A DNA stretch of 64,000 bases from a virus (Duplodnaviria; Heunggongvirae; Uroviricota; Caudoviricetes). Location: positions 26,709 to 90,708 of IMG/VR virus record IMGVR_UViG_3300042923_000692. One strand, written 5' to 3'. This document shows positions 27,591 through 35,604 of the stretch, piece by piece. The stretch's first letter is position 1, and every line of letters starts with the position of its first letter. Under the pieces are notes generated by a model. That model worked only from the letters and a program-made list of their open reading frames with translations, searched no databases and had not been told where the DNA came from. The translations under genes and the position numbers were made by a program.

Positions 27591-27643
27591 AGACAGGTTT
27601 GCGCGAAAGCGTTATTTTACAGATGACGCTAACGCTTGGATCT
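27591..27643 (-). ncRNA. Y-RNA-like module 5 (hairpin type)
   Basis: AGATCCAAG...CTGTCT boundaries; loop with TCATCT. Confidence 0.35.
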
Positions 27644-27669
27644 GGGATGGTTAAATGGATTAAAGGTTT

Positions 27670-27829
27670 AGACAGGAGTATGAGCATCGAATTTGTTGAG
27701 GTGTGACTACCGGGCACAAGGCAACCGGTCGCTTTAGGCCGCTCAGCCACGAGGGAATCTTAATAAGATACCTCGACGGGATTTGAACCCGCGGTCGCAT
27801 GATTCTAGATAACGATGACTCTTGGATCT
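27670..27829 (-). ncRNA. Y-RNA-like module 4 with permuted type-II-like tRNA domain
   Basis: T-arm CGGG-TTCAAAT-CCCG, acceptor strands CGAGGTA / TCCCTCG closed by a TTATTAA loop, Ser/Leu-like D region GCT-GAGCGGCCTAAA-AGC plus ACCGG...CCGGT arm. Confidence 0.45.
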
Positions 27830-27847
27830 AAACCAAGATTAAAACTC

Positions 27848-27907
27848 AGACAGGGGAATGCAAATGAGGTAATTTTCTCCCTAAGATAACCCTCGTAGCT
27901 TGGATCT
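27848..27907 (-). ncRNA. Y-RNA-like module 3 (hairpin type)
   Basis: boundary motifs; GAGG...CCTC stem with GTTATCT loop. Confidence 0.35.
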
Positions 27908-27926
27908 GAGTTGGATAAGCGGGTTC

Positions 27927-27985
27927 AGACAGGGATTCATGTTAGAGGATTGTCTGCAAGATAGATAACTCTAACACTTGGATCT
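27927..27985 (-). ncRNA. Y-RNA-like module 2 (hairpin type)
   Basis: boundary motifs; TGTTAGAG/CTCTAACA 8-bp stem, loop begins TTATCT. Confidence 0.35.
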
Positions 27986-28004
27986 GAACCGTAAAATAGG
28001 ACGA

Positions 28005-28130
28005 TAGACAGGGTGGTTGACGATTGGGTATAAGCGCTCTGCCGACTGAGCTACACGATGCACGCACCATGACGGGACTCGAACCCGCGACCTCTCCATT
28101 AACAGTGGGTAACCAATCATCTTTGGATCT
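28005..28130 (-). ncRNA. Y-RNA-like module 1 with permuted tRNA-like domain
   Basis: AGATCCAAAG start; T-arm GCGGG-TTCGAGT-CCCGT; acceptor strands ATGGTGC / GCATCGT; D-arm AGCTC-AGTCGGC-AGAGC; 9-bp terminal helix CCAATCGTC/GATGATTGG. Confidence 0.45.
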
Positions 28131-28139
28131 ATCGTTTCG

Positions 28140-28212
28140 CTCCTACACCAGGACTCGAACCTGGAACCAACGCATTAACAGTGCGACGCTCTGCCAATTG
28201 AGCTATGTAGGA
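28140..28212 (-). tRNA. tRNA-Asn (anticodon GTT), canonical order
   Basis: cloverleaf: acceptor TCCTACA/TGTAGGA, D-arm GCTC-AATTGGCA-GAGC, anticodon loop CTGTTAA, T-arm CCAGG-TTCGAGT-CCTGG. Confidence 0.7.
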
Positions 28213-28385
28213 ACGTGGAATGAGCGTCGGGAGCCGACCCCGATATGCGTGCTGCCTTCCATCCCCCGAGGTCCCAAGCTCGGGGGATGGCTGCACAAAA
28301 CTACTCTCACGCGAGGAATGACGTGGAGTTTCCGCCGGTACTCATTCAACGGAGGCTAAAGCCTCGTCCCCCCGAGAGGGAGCTT

Positions 28386-28979
28386 TCAGAACGGGATGTT
28401 CGTGAAGATCGCGCTGTCGTAGTCGAACGACGTGGGCGAGATCTCCAAGGTGATGCTGGACGGATCCGCAACACTGAACGCCGTGTACCACTCGAGCGTC
28501 TGTCCCGGAAGCACCGAAGTGACCGGGAAGAGACCGAGATCGCCATATTCGGCGTTGCCAACATCCGCGATGTACTCAGCCGGCTTGCCACCAGACGTCG
28601 CCGAAGGGACGGCCGTGGGCTCGAGCGGCTCAGTGGAGTTGTTCGTAAGGACGACCTTGAAGACGGTCGGCTGGTAGCCTTCCACGATTCCCTGAGCGTA
28701 CTCCCCGGGGGTGAAAGGGCCGATGAGGGCTACCGAAATGCTGACGCCGTCCTCGTAAGTAACGACATCGCCGAACTGCTTGATGAGGGGGTTGACGGGC
28801 GGGGGCGTCTGCTCCGGCTCCTCAACCTCCTCCGCTGCGGAAGACGCGAAGGGGTCCGGAGACTCCGCGACGGCCTTGGACGCGCATCCCGTGAAGAAGA
28901 GGGCAATCGCAATTGCCATCAGGAATGCGACGATGACCCAGATCACTCGAGAGGTCTGGATACGCTGCGAATTGGTCAT
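28386..28979 (-). CDS. secreted lipoprotein
   Basis: 197 aa; signal peptide with lipobox LFFTGC. Confidence 0.6.
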   Translation of the reverse strand: MTNSQRIQTSRVIWVIVAFLMAIAIALFFTGCASKAVAESPDPFASSAAEEVEEPEQTPPPVNPLIKQFGDVVTYEDGVSISVALIGPFTPGEYAQGIVEGYQPTVFKVVLTNNSTEPLEPTAVPSATSGGKPAEYIADVGNAEYGDLGLFPVTSVLPGQTLEWYTAFSVADPSSITLEISPTSFDYDSAIFTNIPF

Positions 28980-29067
28980 TTTCTTGTCCTTTCAAAGACA
29001 GTCGATCTTTGGTGAATGGGATGGTGGGAGCCAAAGCATTTCGCGTATGACTCCCACCGGGGATTTT

Positions 29068-30018
29068 TTACTTCTGCTTGTATCGACGCTTGACGTCGAA
29101 GGTGTCATCTTCGCGCACGACGAGCTTGAGGATCCGCAGAGCCGAGCCGTTTGTGCGCTTCAGGATGATGGTGATGTCGCCGTCGATGTTCTTGATCATC
29201 TCGGTGATGGTGTGGAACGTTCCTCCGACGGGCAGGAAATCTCCCAACCAGAGATCGTTTGCCGGGACTTCCTTGAGCCACTCCTGCTTCTTGGGAGGCT
29301 TGATGGCTTCGTAGAGACGCTGGGTCATCTCGGCATCCTTCGCGCAGTACCCGAAGACCTCATCGTGGGCGGCCTGCTCCTCGTCCGAAATGAACTGAAC
29401 TTCTCCTCGAGAAAGCTCCTGGGAGCGTTCGGCCAACCAGCGATCGTAGTCTGGCTCGCAGGGCGCCTGCTGGTCATCCGAACGGATCTCCGTGGAGCCG
29501 ACCGAATATCCCAGATGAGCCTCGTATCCGAGGTCGTCCAGGATTTGCCCGTAGAAGTCGCCGAAGAACTTCTTAAAGCTCTCATCGATGAAGAACTGAA
29601 CGTCCATCTCCTTGAGAACCGCCCACTTGATGGTCTCGTTGTATATGCGCGGGATTGCAGTACCGTCGGCGTAGATGCCGTCGAAGGTGATGAGATTGGT
29701 CCGAGGCCGGCTCTTGAGGTTCGTCACGATCGCCCAACGAGAAGTTTCGGCAACTCGATTGCGCTCTTGAGGCGAAACGTTATTTGAGCCGACAACCGCC
29801 GGCACGATGCGATCGGGGTTCTCTCGATAATTCGAATCCGCGAGGAGAACGATAAACCCATTTCTGAGCTGGTCGCCGGTCACGACCTGATGTTCCTCGA
29901 TCAGAGGGTTGAAAGTGAGCGGGACGTATCCAGAAGGCACGCGCATGGCGGCAACTCGCTGTCCACAGATGTTGAGCTCGATCTCGTTTGCGGCCAGTTC
30001 GACGACGCGGGTATCCAT
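29068..30018 (-). CDS. hypothetical protein (316 aa; start MDTRVVEL)
   Basis: large conserved-looking ORF between the two tRNA/Y-RNA clusters; no recognisable catalytic motif. Confidence 0.5.
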   Translation of the reverse strand: MDTRVVELAANEIELNICGQRVAAMRVPSGYVPLTFNPLIEEHQVVTGDQLRNGFIVLLADSNYRENPDRIVPAVVGSNNVSPQERNRVAETSRWAIVTNLKSRPRTNLITFDGIYADGTAIPRIYNETIKWAVLKEMDVQFFIDESFKKFFGDFYGQILDDLGYEAHLGYSVGSTEIRSDDQQAPCEPDYDRWLAERSQELSRGEVQFISDEEQAAHDEVFGYCAKDAEMTQRLYEAIKPPKKQEWLKEVPANDLWLGDFLPVGGTFHTITEMIKNIDGDITIILKRTNGSALRILKLVVREDDTFDVKRRYKQK

Positions 30019-30112
30019 CAGTTTTTCGTGTCCTTTCAAGACAGATGATCTTGCGAAAATGAGAAAGCAGAAGCACTCACTTTGGGGGTGTGAGTGCTTC
30101 TGCTGTCCGTGA

Positions 30113-30301
30113 CTACTGAGCGGCGTCAGTGACGGCTTCGGCGACGGTTTCGCTGGTGATGAGGACGACGGGCACGGCTGCGTTCTTCTTCGTGAGGTAG
30201 ATGCCGGCCGCGACTGCGGCGACGGTGATACCTGCAGCGATGAGAGTCTTGGTGCGGGCGCCGTTCTCGTTCGTGCGAATTGCTGCGACGAATTCCTTCA
30301 T
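30113..30301 (-). CDS. small membrane protein
   Basis: 62 aa, one TM; promoter-like motif upstream. Confidence 0.5.
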   Translation of the reverse strand: MKEFVAAIRTNENGARTKTLIAAGITVAAVAAGIYLTKKNAAVPVVLITSETVAEAVTDAAQ

Positions 30302-30331
30302 TGAGTATTCCTTTCAAGAATGTGTTACGGT

Positions 30332-30361
30332 GTCATTATAGGGCTTGTGATTCTTGCGAGG
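30332..30361 (-). promoter_or_regulatory. conserved promoter-like motif (copy b)
   Basis: CCTCGCAAGAATCACAAGCCCTATAATGACAC + CATTCTTGAAAGGAATACTCAATG. Confidence 0.45.
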
Positions 30362-30421
30362 GCTATCGCGTGTGAGGCGCGTCACCCATGTGGATGAGCA
30401 TGACCTTACCGTTCTTGCGAA

Positions 30422-30613
30422 CTACTCGGCAGGCTGCGCAAAGGGGCTTGACGGTTGAGATGGTGTGCATTTCTCTCCGTAGATCTTGTCGATGGCTTTC
30501 TGCTCGAGGTCGAATACCACAACTACCGCCAAGGCGATACCCATACCTGCGAGCACCATATACGGCAGATCGACCTTCGAGACAATGTACTTGAGAAGCG
30601 CTGAACCTACCAT
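30422..30613 (-). CDS. small membrane protein (start MVGSALLKY)
   Basis: 63 aa with TM helix; the track's N-terminal extension is low complexity. Confidence 0.4.
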   Translation of the reverse strand: MVGSALLKYIVSKVDLPYMVLAGMGIALAVVVVFDLEQKAIDKIYGEKCTPSQPSSPFAQPAE

Positions 30614-30855
30614 GTCTCTAGGTGAGCGTCGGTGACTTCTCGATAGTGGTTCTCGAGATGGAATTCCTCGCGCTGACACTTGGCGCCGGTTCGAGGGTTG
30701 TCGAACTGACAGGTGCCATCCCAACGCCTTTCGGCGGCCAGACGCTCCTCTCGAGCGATGTCCTTGTCTCGCTGAAGCCTCCATAGGAAGAGAGCAAGGA
30801 TCAGAAGTGCTACGATCCCCAGGATGATGAAGGGGATCATTCGTGTGAACATCAT
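30607..30855 (-). CDS. membrane protein with Cys pair
   Basis: 82 aa; TM helix; GGGAG SD within the TCAATCAAAATGGGAG motif. Confidence 0.5.
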   Translation of the reverse strand: MMFTRMIPFIILGIVALLILALFLWRLQRDKDIAREERLAAERRWDGTCQFDNPRTGAKCQREEFHLENHYREVTDAHLETW

Positions 30856-30887
30856 CGGTTACTCCCATTTTGATTGAATTGACGCAG

Positions 30888-30956
30888 TACTTACGACGGG
30901 ATTCGAACCCGCATCCTAAGCCAGAGGCTCAGCTCTACCAGTTAAGTTACGTAAGT
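30888..30956 (-). tRNA. tRNA (canonical order; anticodon uncertain, possibly TCT/Arg)
   Basis: acceptor ACTTACG/CGTAAGT, T-arm GCGGG-TTCGAAT-CCCGT; D and anticodon arms irregular. Confidence 0.45.
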
Positions 30957-31262
30957 TACCCCGGAGGGATTGTGTGATTGTACTCCGGATACCCGCTCAG
31001 ACCCATTCGAGGCTCATCTAGAATCGCCGATACGAGGATCAACATGACGTCTACGACTCCCAGGAGTGACCACTGAGCTATTAGCTCGGGTATTTCCCAT
31101 GGTATCGACCAAATCATCATCGTTGTCTTGCGGGTTTTGTTTCTTCTTGGATTGACACCCCATGAAGAGTGCGCACCCAGGGACTTGAACCCTGGATCTC
31201 AGAGGTTAGCTTCACGCTACAATCAGGGATTGTTTGAATGCGTGGAACATGAGACGCCGCCG
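30957..31262 (-). ncRNA. tRNA-like / structured RNA region (second cluster)
   Basis: T-arm CCAGGG-TTCAAGT-CCCTGG at 31177-31195 with palindromic GGTGCGCAC; CCGGAG...CTCCGG hairpin; GAGCTA-A-TAGCTCAGTGG junction; GATCC-type motifs related to the Y-RNA array. Confidence 0.3.
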
Positions 31263-31280
31263 CCCCGTGCGCCGGTTCAC

Positions 31281-31496
31281 TTAGGAACCGTTGGTTCGAA
31301 GGCGAAGGCCCTCGGTGATGCCACGTCCGGCGCCGATGGCGCTGTTGGCGGCGATGACGGTGACCTGAACGGCGAGTGCCACGACGGTCACGCCGGCGCC
31401 GACCACGAGCGAGTTCGTGCCGGCCTTCTTGAGCTCATCGATGAGTGCCTTGCGGGCATTCGTTGCGGCGGCTCGTGCAGCTGCTGTTTCAGCCAT
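31281..31496 (-). CDS. small membrane protein
   Basis: 71 aa; Ala-rich TM. Confidence 0.45.
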   Translation of the reverse strand: MAETAAARAAATNARKALIDELKKAGTNSLVVGAGVTVVALAVQVTVIAANSAIGAGRGITEGLRLRTNGS

Positions 31497-31519
31497 CTTT
31501 TCTTCTCCTTTGTTGGGTA

Positions 31520-32479
31520 TTACTGAGGCGCAGCAGGAAGCTGGCCCAGCGAGTTGAAGTTCTGCGGAACGACGATGGTGTTCGCGTTCGCAAGAGCTTC
31601 GATCTGACGCATTGCGATGATCTCCGGAGTCAGCGAAGCGGCGAGAAGGCGGTTAGCCTCGGCCTCACCGGTCGCTCGCGAGATTGCTGCCTGAGCCTCG
31701 CCATCAGCCTTTGTCTTGGCCGTCTTCGCATCCGTCTCGGCCTTCAGCAGGTCGGTCTCGGCGTTCTGAGCGTCCTTGAAGCGCTGCTGGACATCCTCGG
31801 GGTAACGGATTCCGTGAATGTTGACGTTCTCAACGATGACACCCTTCTTGGCCCAGGCCTTGGTGAGTGCTTCGGTGATCTCGGCACGAAGGCGAGGACG
31901 TTCGGAGAACATCTCGACAGTGGTGAACGAGCCGGCGATATCACGAGGGATCGACTTGACATCGTTCTCGACGACCTTGATCTCGAAGTCGTTCTGATCG
32001 GTGAACCCCTTGGTCAGTGGAACGACCGCGTCGGCCTTGATCGAGAACAGCACCTGGATATCCATAGGAGCCGAGATGCCGTCCTTGTCGATGAAGACGA
32101 TCTCTGCACCAGCGACCTGCTGACCATCGTGCGTGGTGGATCCGTCACCAGTGAACGTCACATCCTGGTTCTTGATATCCCAGGCGATGGTGTCCTGCCA
32201 CGGAGCCTTGGTGTGGAAACCGGTAGTGGTGACAGCATCCTCCTGCACAACACCAGACCAGTCCTTCAGAACCACCGACGAACCCGTCTCCACCGAGAAA
32301 TTCGTCGAGAAGACCGTGAACAGAACGGCGAGCAGACCAAACAGCACGGTCCAGATCCAGGCTCCGATTCGGGCGAATCGACGACCCGCTTCGTACTCGT
32401 CATCCTGCTTTCGCCAAGCCACGATGAGAAGCACACCCACGATTGCGAGAATCGCGAAGATAATTGCCCAAACGAACAT
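31520..32479 (-). CDS. SPFH/Band-7 (stomatin/prohibitin-like) membrane protein
   Basis: 319 aa; two N-terminal TM helices plus Band-7 core. Confidence 0.7.
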   Translation of the reverse strand: MFVWAIIFAILAIVGVLLIVAWRKQDDEYEAGRRFARIGAWIWTVLFGLLAVLFTVFSTNFSVETGSSVVLKDWSGVVQEDAVTTTGFHTKAPWQDTIAWDIKNQDVTFTGDGSTTHDGQQVAGAEIVFIDKDGISAPMDIQVLFSIKADAVVPLTKGFTDQNDFEIKVVENDVKSIPRDIAGSFTTVEMFSERPRLRAEITEALTKAWAKKGVIVENVNIHGIRYPEDVQQRFKDAQNAETDLLKAETDAKTAKTKADGEAQAAISRATGEAEANRLLAASLTPEIIAMRQIEALANANTIVVPQNFNSLGQLPAAPQ

Positions 32480-32491
32480 CTAGTTTTTCTC

Positions 32492-32707
32492 CTATTTCTG
32501 CCACCAGGGAATTTCCTGGCGACCATCGATACAAGTCATGGGGGATCCATGATATGTTCCGTGCTCCGTTGTTACGGCCGTCCGCCTATCAGTAATCATC
32601 TCCAGGCAGGTAATGCAAGTCAGCGGAGGCTGACTGTTCTTCAAGAGGATCTCGTCGACCCTCAGCTTTTTCTCTTCCTGAGTTTCATCCCAGTGGAGTT
32701 CCATCAC
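32492..32707 (-). CDS. small Cys-containing protein
   Basis: 71 aa; CITC...C. Confidence 0.4.
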   Translation of the reverse strand: MMELHWDETQEEKKLRVDEILLKNSQPPLTCITCLEMITDRRTAVTTEHGTYHGSPMTCIDGRQEIPWWQK

Positions 32708-33033
32708 TGATCTTCGGGATTACGATAGAAGACCAACGTCTGAGAGATGGTCACCTCGTATCGATCCCTGTCCCGAAGTCCTTCGGCCGAATGGAACTCG
32801 ACGTCACCAAATTCGAGGAGGAAATCCTCCCCGAGAGTGGCGACGGCTCCGGGATTGCTCAGGAAATGATTGGACAGAATCTCACGAGCGATGAGCTGCT
32901 CGTCGAGAATTCGGTCCATGATCTTCTGGTAGTGAGACTTCTCCTCGACCGGCTTCTCGATATCCTCGACGAGAGCTAACGGCGCACCCTGGGACTCATC
33001 CGGAAGGAATCCGTTGTAGTCGGTGTTCATCAC
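32704..33033 (-). CDS. hypothetical protein
   Basis: 109 aa. Confidence 0.5.
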   Translation of the reverse strand: MMNTDYNGFLPDESQGAPLALVEDIEKPVEEKSHYQKIMDRILDEQLIAREILSNHFLSNPGAVATLGEDFLLEFGDVEFHSAEGLRDRDRYEVTISQTLVFYRNPEDQ

Positions 33034-33230
33034 TTGCCCTCACTGACATCTTGGAATGTGCGCATGACCAGTCGGACCGGCTCCGTGCGGAAGGGGTTGT
33101 TGATTCGAGCCGCGATTGCAGCTTGAAGGAAACCTGCGATATTGCGAGCTTCATCCTCAGTAACCTCGAAGGTGACTACGCGCTTCGGCTTTGGTGCGAT
33201 GTTGGCTTCCATTATCCACCCTCGTTCCAA
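33030..33230 (-). CDS. hypothetical protein
   Basis: 66 aa. Confidence 0.45.
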   Translation of the reverse strand: MERGWIMEANIAPKPKRVVTFEVTEDEARNIAGFLQAAIAARINNPFRTEPVRLVMRTFQDVSEGK

Positions 33231-33601
33231 AGTCGGATCTGATCGGCGGAAACACCAATCACTCGGTCATCGAACTTGACACGGTAGTCCCAGCTGGCGA
33301 GATTATTCAACTGGTCCTCGTCGGAGATCTCCATGAGAATTCCGATGCGGTCGTTGTAGAGAAGGGTGTTCTGGATGAGGACTTTATCACCCGACTTCGG
33401 CGCGTCCCCCCAGGGGGTATCGTCATGGTTGAACTCGCTACCACGATAGAAGTAGTAGCTCAAGCCCTCCTTGGCGCCATCCTTACCGACGAGCTCTACT
33501 CGGTCACCCCAGGGTGCCGAAATAACCCCGGTGATGTTGGATCCATCACGAACCCACTGGTTGACCTCGGCGTAGAACCGATCGCGATTCAGATACTTCA
33601 T
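33212..33601 (-). CDS. hypothetical protein
   Basis: 129 aa. Confidence 0.5.
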   Translation of the reverse strand: MKYLNRDRFYAEVNQWVRDGSNITGVISAPWGDRVELVGKDGAKEGLSYYFYRGSEFNHDDTPWGDAPKSGDKVLIQNTLLYNDRIGILMEISDEDQLNNLASWDYRVKFDDRVIGVSADQIRLWNEGG

Positions 33602-33602
33602 G

Positions 33603-34001
33603 TCAGTCTCCTAGAACGTTGAAGAGGATGAGACCCTCGTGATTGATTCGAAGGAAATACTCGCGAACTTCAGTACCCGCGTACCTCGTCTGGGTTTCCT
33701 CGATCCGGATATTCCCGGAGAGAACCGGCCTCTCGAACTTGACCTGCTTCATGCGAGGAGTCCAACCCACGAGCTGGCCGGCCATGGTCTCTCGGATACC
33801 CAGGTGACGAAGGACTTCGTTGAGGAAGACGTATCCTTTTGCCACGAGAAGTTCGTTGAAGTAGTTCTGGGTTCCCTGAAGGAAGAAACGATTGTGATCG
33901 TCGCTCTTGTCGAAATTCGGGTTGGTGAAGTCGAAGATGAATTCGCGCTGCTCCATACGACGACGGAATCCTTCAGTCTGAAGGCGTTCTAGGACGTTCA
34001 T
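33603..34001 (-). CDS. paralog family A, C-terminal domain only (VFLNEVLRHLG...GWT)
   Basis: 132 aa; shares the conserved C-terminal block with 21148..21975 and 34077..34862. Confidence 0.5.
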   Translation of the reverse strand: MNVLERLQTEGFRRRMEQREFIFDFTNPNFDKSDDHNRFFLQGTQNYFNELLVAKGYVFLNEVLRHLGIRETMAGQLVGWTPRMKQVKFERPVLSGNIRIEETQTRYAGTEVREYFLRINHEGLILFNVLGD

Positions 34002-34076
34002 TTCGTGCCTTTCTGGCAGAGTGGAGTCTGGGACCCCTGCCTTCTACAGACAAGGGTCCCAGAGGTCATTTTCTCT

Positions 34077-34862
34077 TCACCACGGATCGTTGGCGAAGGT
34101 GACGCTTGGTGGGGTTCGATATCCGATGGTGAGCACCGGCTTCTCGTCATGCGCTGCGCCGCCGATAACAACCTCGAGCGGCTTCTTGTTGTTCCATCCA
34201 ACAACCTCGCCGGCGTCGGAGTGCGGCAGGCCAAGCTTATCGAGGAAGACGTTCAGAGAGATGAATCCGTCATCAAGACAGACTCGATTGGCGTCGTTCT
34301 CGGCTCGATGGATCTTCTCGGCATTACTAACGAAGACCTGCTGAGTGTGGGTCTCGATGACCATCACGTCACCGTCCTTGGCGATGACCAGACGATCGAG
34401 TTCGTCCCGCTTCTCGTTCACCTTATCCTGGGCGATATCGTCCTGGATACGACGCTCCTTGGGCTTGCTGGTGGTCTCAACCATCTTGGACTGGTACTCG
34501 GAGAGAGCACGTTCGGAAATGGCCGCGGCAGAGATGAGTGCGACGTTTCGGTTGGCGCTAATCCGATGGCTGCCGACGACCGCCACACCCGTGACGACAC
34601 CGACCACAACGACGGGAATATAGAACTTCCACGTTTCCTTGAGGACTTCCTTCGGCGTCATGAAGACAGTCTCTTCGCCATCGGGAGTTTCGTCGATGCG
34701 TGCTGCCGCGTCTGCCATCACGACAAGACCGGACTTGAATCCCGCACGAGATGCGAGATATGTTGTAGCGGCGAGGCCGGCCACGCTGACGGATGTGAGG
34801 ATTTCTGGTGCATACTTCTTAAGCCCGATACCGAGCTTATGCATGTTCTCCTGGAGAGTCAT
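34077..34862 (-). CDS. membrane protein, paralog family A
   Basis: 261 aa; same architecture as 21148..21975. Confidence 0.55.
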   Translation of the reverse strand: MTLQENMHKLGIGLKKYAPEILTSVSVAGLAATTYLASRAGFKSGLVVMADAAARIDETPDGEETVFMTPKEVLKETWKFYIPVVVVGVVTGVAVVGSHRISANRNVALISAAAISERALSEYQSKMVETTSKPKERRIQDDIAQDKVNEKRDELDRLVIAKDGDVMVIETHTQQVFVSNAEKIHRAENDANRVCLDDGFISLNVFLDKLGLPHSDAGEVVGWNNKKPLEVVIGGAAHDEKPVLTIGYRTPPSVTFANDPW

Positions 34863-35161
34863 GACTTATCTGCTTCCTGGTCGTAAATTGGCTGTGCGGT
34901 TCGAGACCGGCGTGTGGGAACTGGCTTCAGTGGCTCGGTCGGAGGGCTGTACCGAACAATCGGATATTTCGTGTCACGAGCATTATCGCGTACGACAAGA
35001 AGAATCCAGATGATCAGCAGGACGAAACCGATGATCGCACTGAGAAGGGCGAAGAGTCCGAAGTCTGCCTCGGCGAGATATTCGAGAGTGCCGACGCCGA
35101 GAACGAAACCTCCAACGCCGAGAATCATGAGGATAAACTGAATAACATTCCTCAGAGTCAT
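34859..35161 (-). CDS. small membrane protein
   Basis: 100 aa, 2 TM. Confidence 0.5.
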   Translation of the reverse strand: MTLRNVIQFILMILGVGGFVLGVGTLEYLAEADFGLFALLSAIIGFVLLIIWILLVVRDNARDTKYPIVRYSPPTEPLKPVPTRRSRTAQPIYDQEADKS

Positions 35162-35163
35162 TT

Positions 35164-35499
35164 CTATTCTCCTTCCAAGAGAGGTTCTCGAGTCATTATC
35201 CTGGGACGACTCAAATCGGACGTTAGCTCAAATCCAAAACGCTCATAGAATCGAATAAGCGCGTTGTTGTCGAGACCTTCGCGAGGATTTCCATAACGCT
35301 GAACTTCCAGCCAAACGGGGATTCGGTTGGCGTCAGCGAAAGCCATAACCTCGATCATGAGCGCAGTCGCGTGACCTTGACCTTGCTGCTGCGATATGAG
35401 ATTGGTAAGCTTTGCCGTGCCATCATCTTCGAAGTGGAGTGTAAGAGACGCCGACTCCAACTTGAATATCGAACTGGTTATACGATCATGTTTGATCAT
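35164..35499 (-). CDS. GNAT-family N-acetyltransferase
   Basis: start MIKHDRI after AAAGGAGG; motif QGQGHATALM...RFYERFGF. Confidence 0.6.
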   Translation of the reverse strand: MIKHDRITSSIFKLESASLTLHFEDDGTAKLTNLISQQQGQGHATALMIEVMAFADANRIPVWLEVQRYGNPREGLDNNALIRFYERFGFELTSDLSRPRIMTREPLLEGE

Positions 35500-35576
35500 G
35501 GGATCCTCCTTTCGGTCAAACAAAAGTGAAAGGCGCAACTGGCGGGTTGCGATGTAGTCCTTTCGGTCTACCCTTT

Positions 35577-35604
35577 CACTATAGGGCTTGCAATTCTTGC
35601 GAGG
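35577..35604 (-). promoter_or_regulatory. conserved promoter-like motif (copy c)
   Basis: CCTCGCAAGAATTGCAAGCCCTATAGTG upstream of the GNAT gene. Confidence 0.4.

Noticed and set aside
27224-28130. CRISPR array interpretation of the repeated units
   Set aside because: The units lack identical repeats and regular spacers; conserved elements are short boundary motifs (AGATCCAAG / CTGTCT) around structured, tRNA-like content next to a Ro60 gene.
27337-28130. Reading the tRNA-like halves as ordinary tandem tRNAs (5' half of unit n pairing with 3' half of unit n+1)
   Set aside because: Acceptor-strand complementarity fails for every canonical-order pairing tested but is exact for the permuted (3' strand - loop - 5' strand) order in all four modules.
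28245-29787. Plus-strand ORFs 28245..29015 and 28780..29787
   Set aside because: Arg-rich antisense of the lipoprotein and 29068..30018 genes.
30422-30868. 148-aa track ORF
   Set aside because: N-terminal two-thirds is Arg/Ser/Pro low complexity overlapping 30607..30855 in another frame; only the C-terminal TM peptide (from ATG 30613) is plausible.
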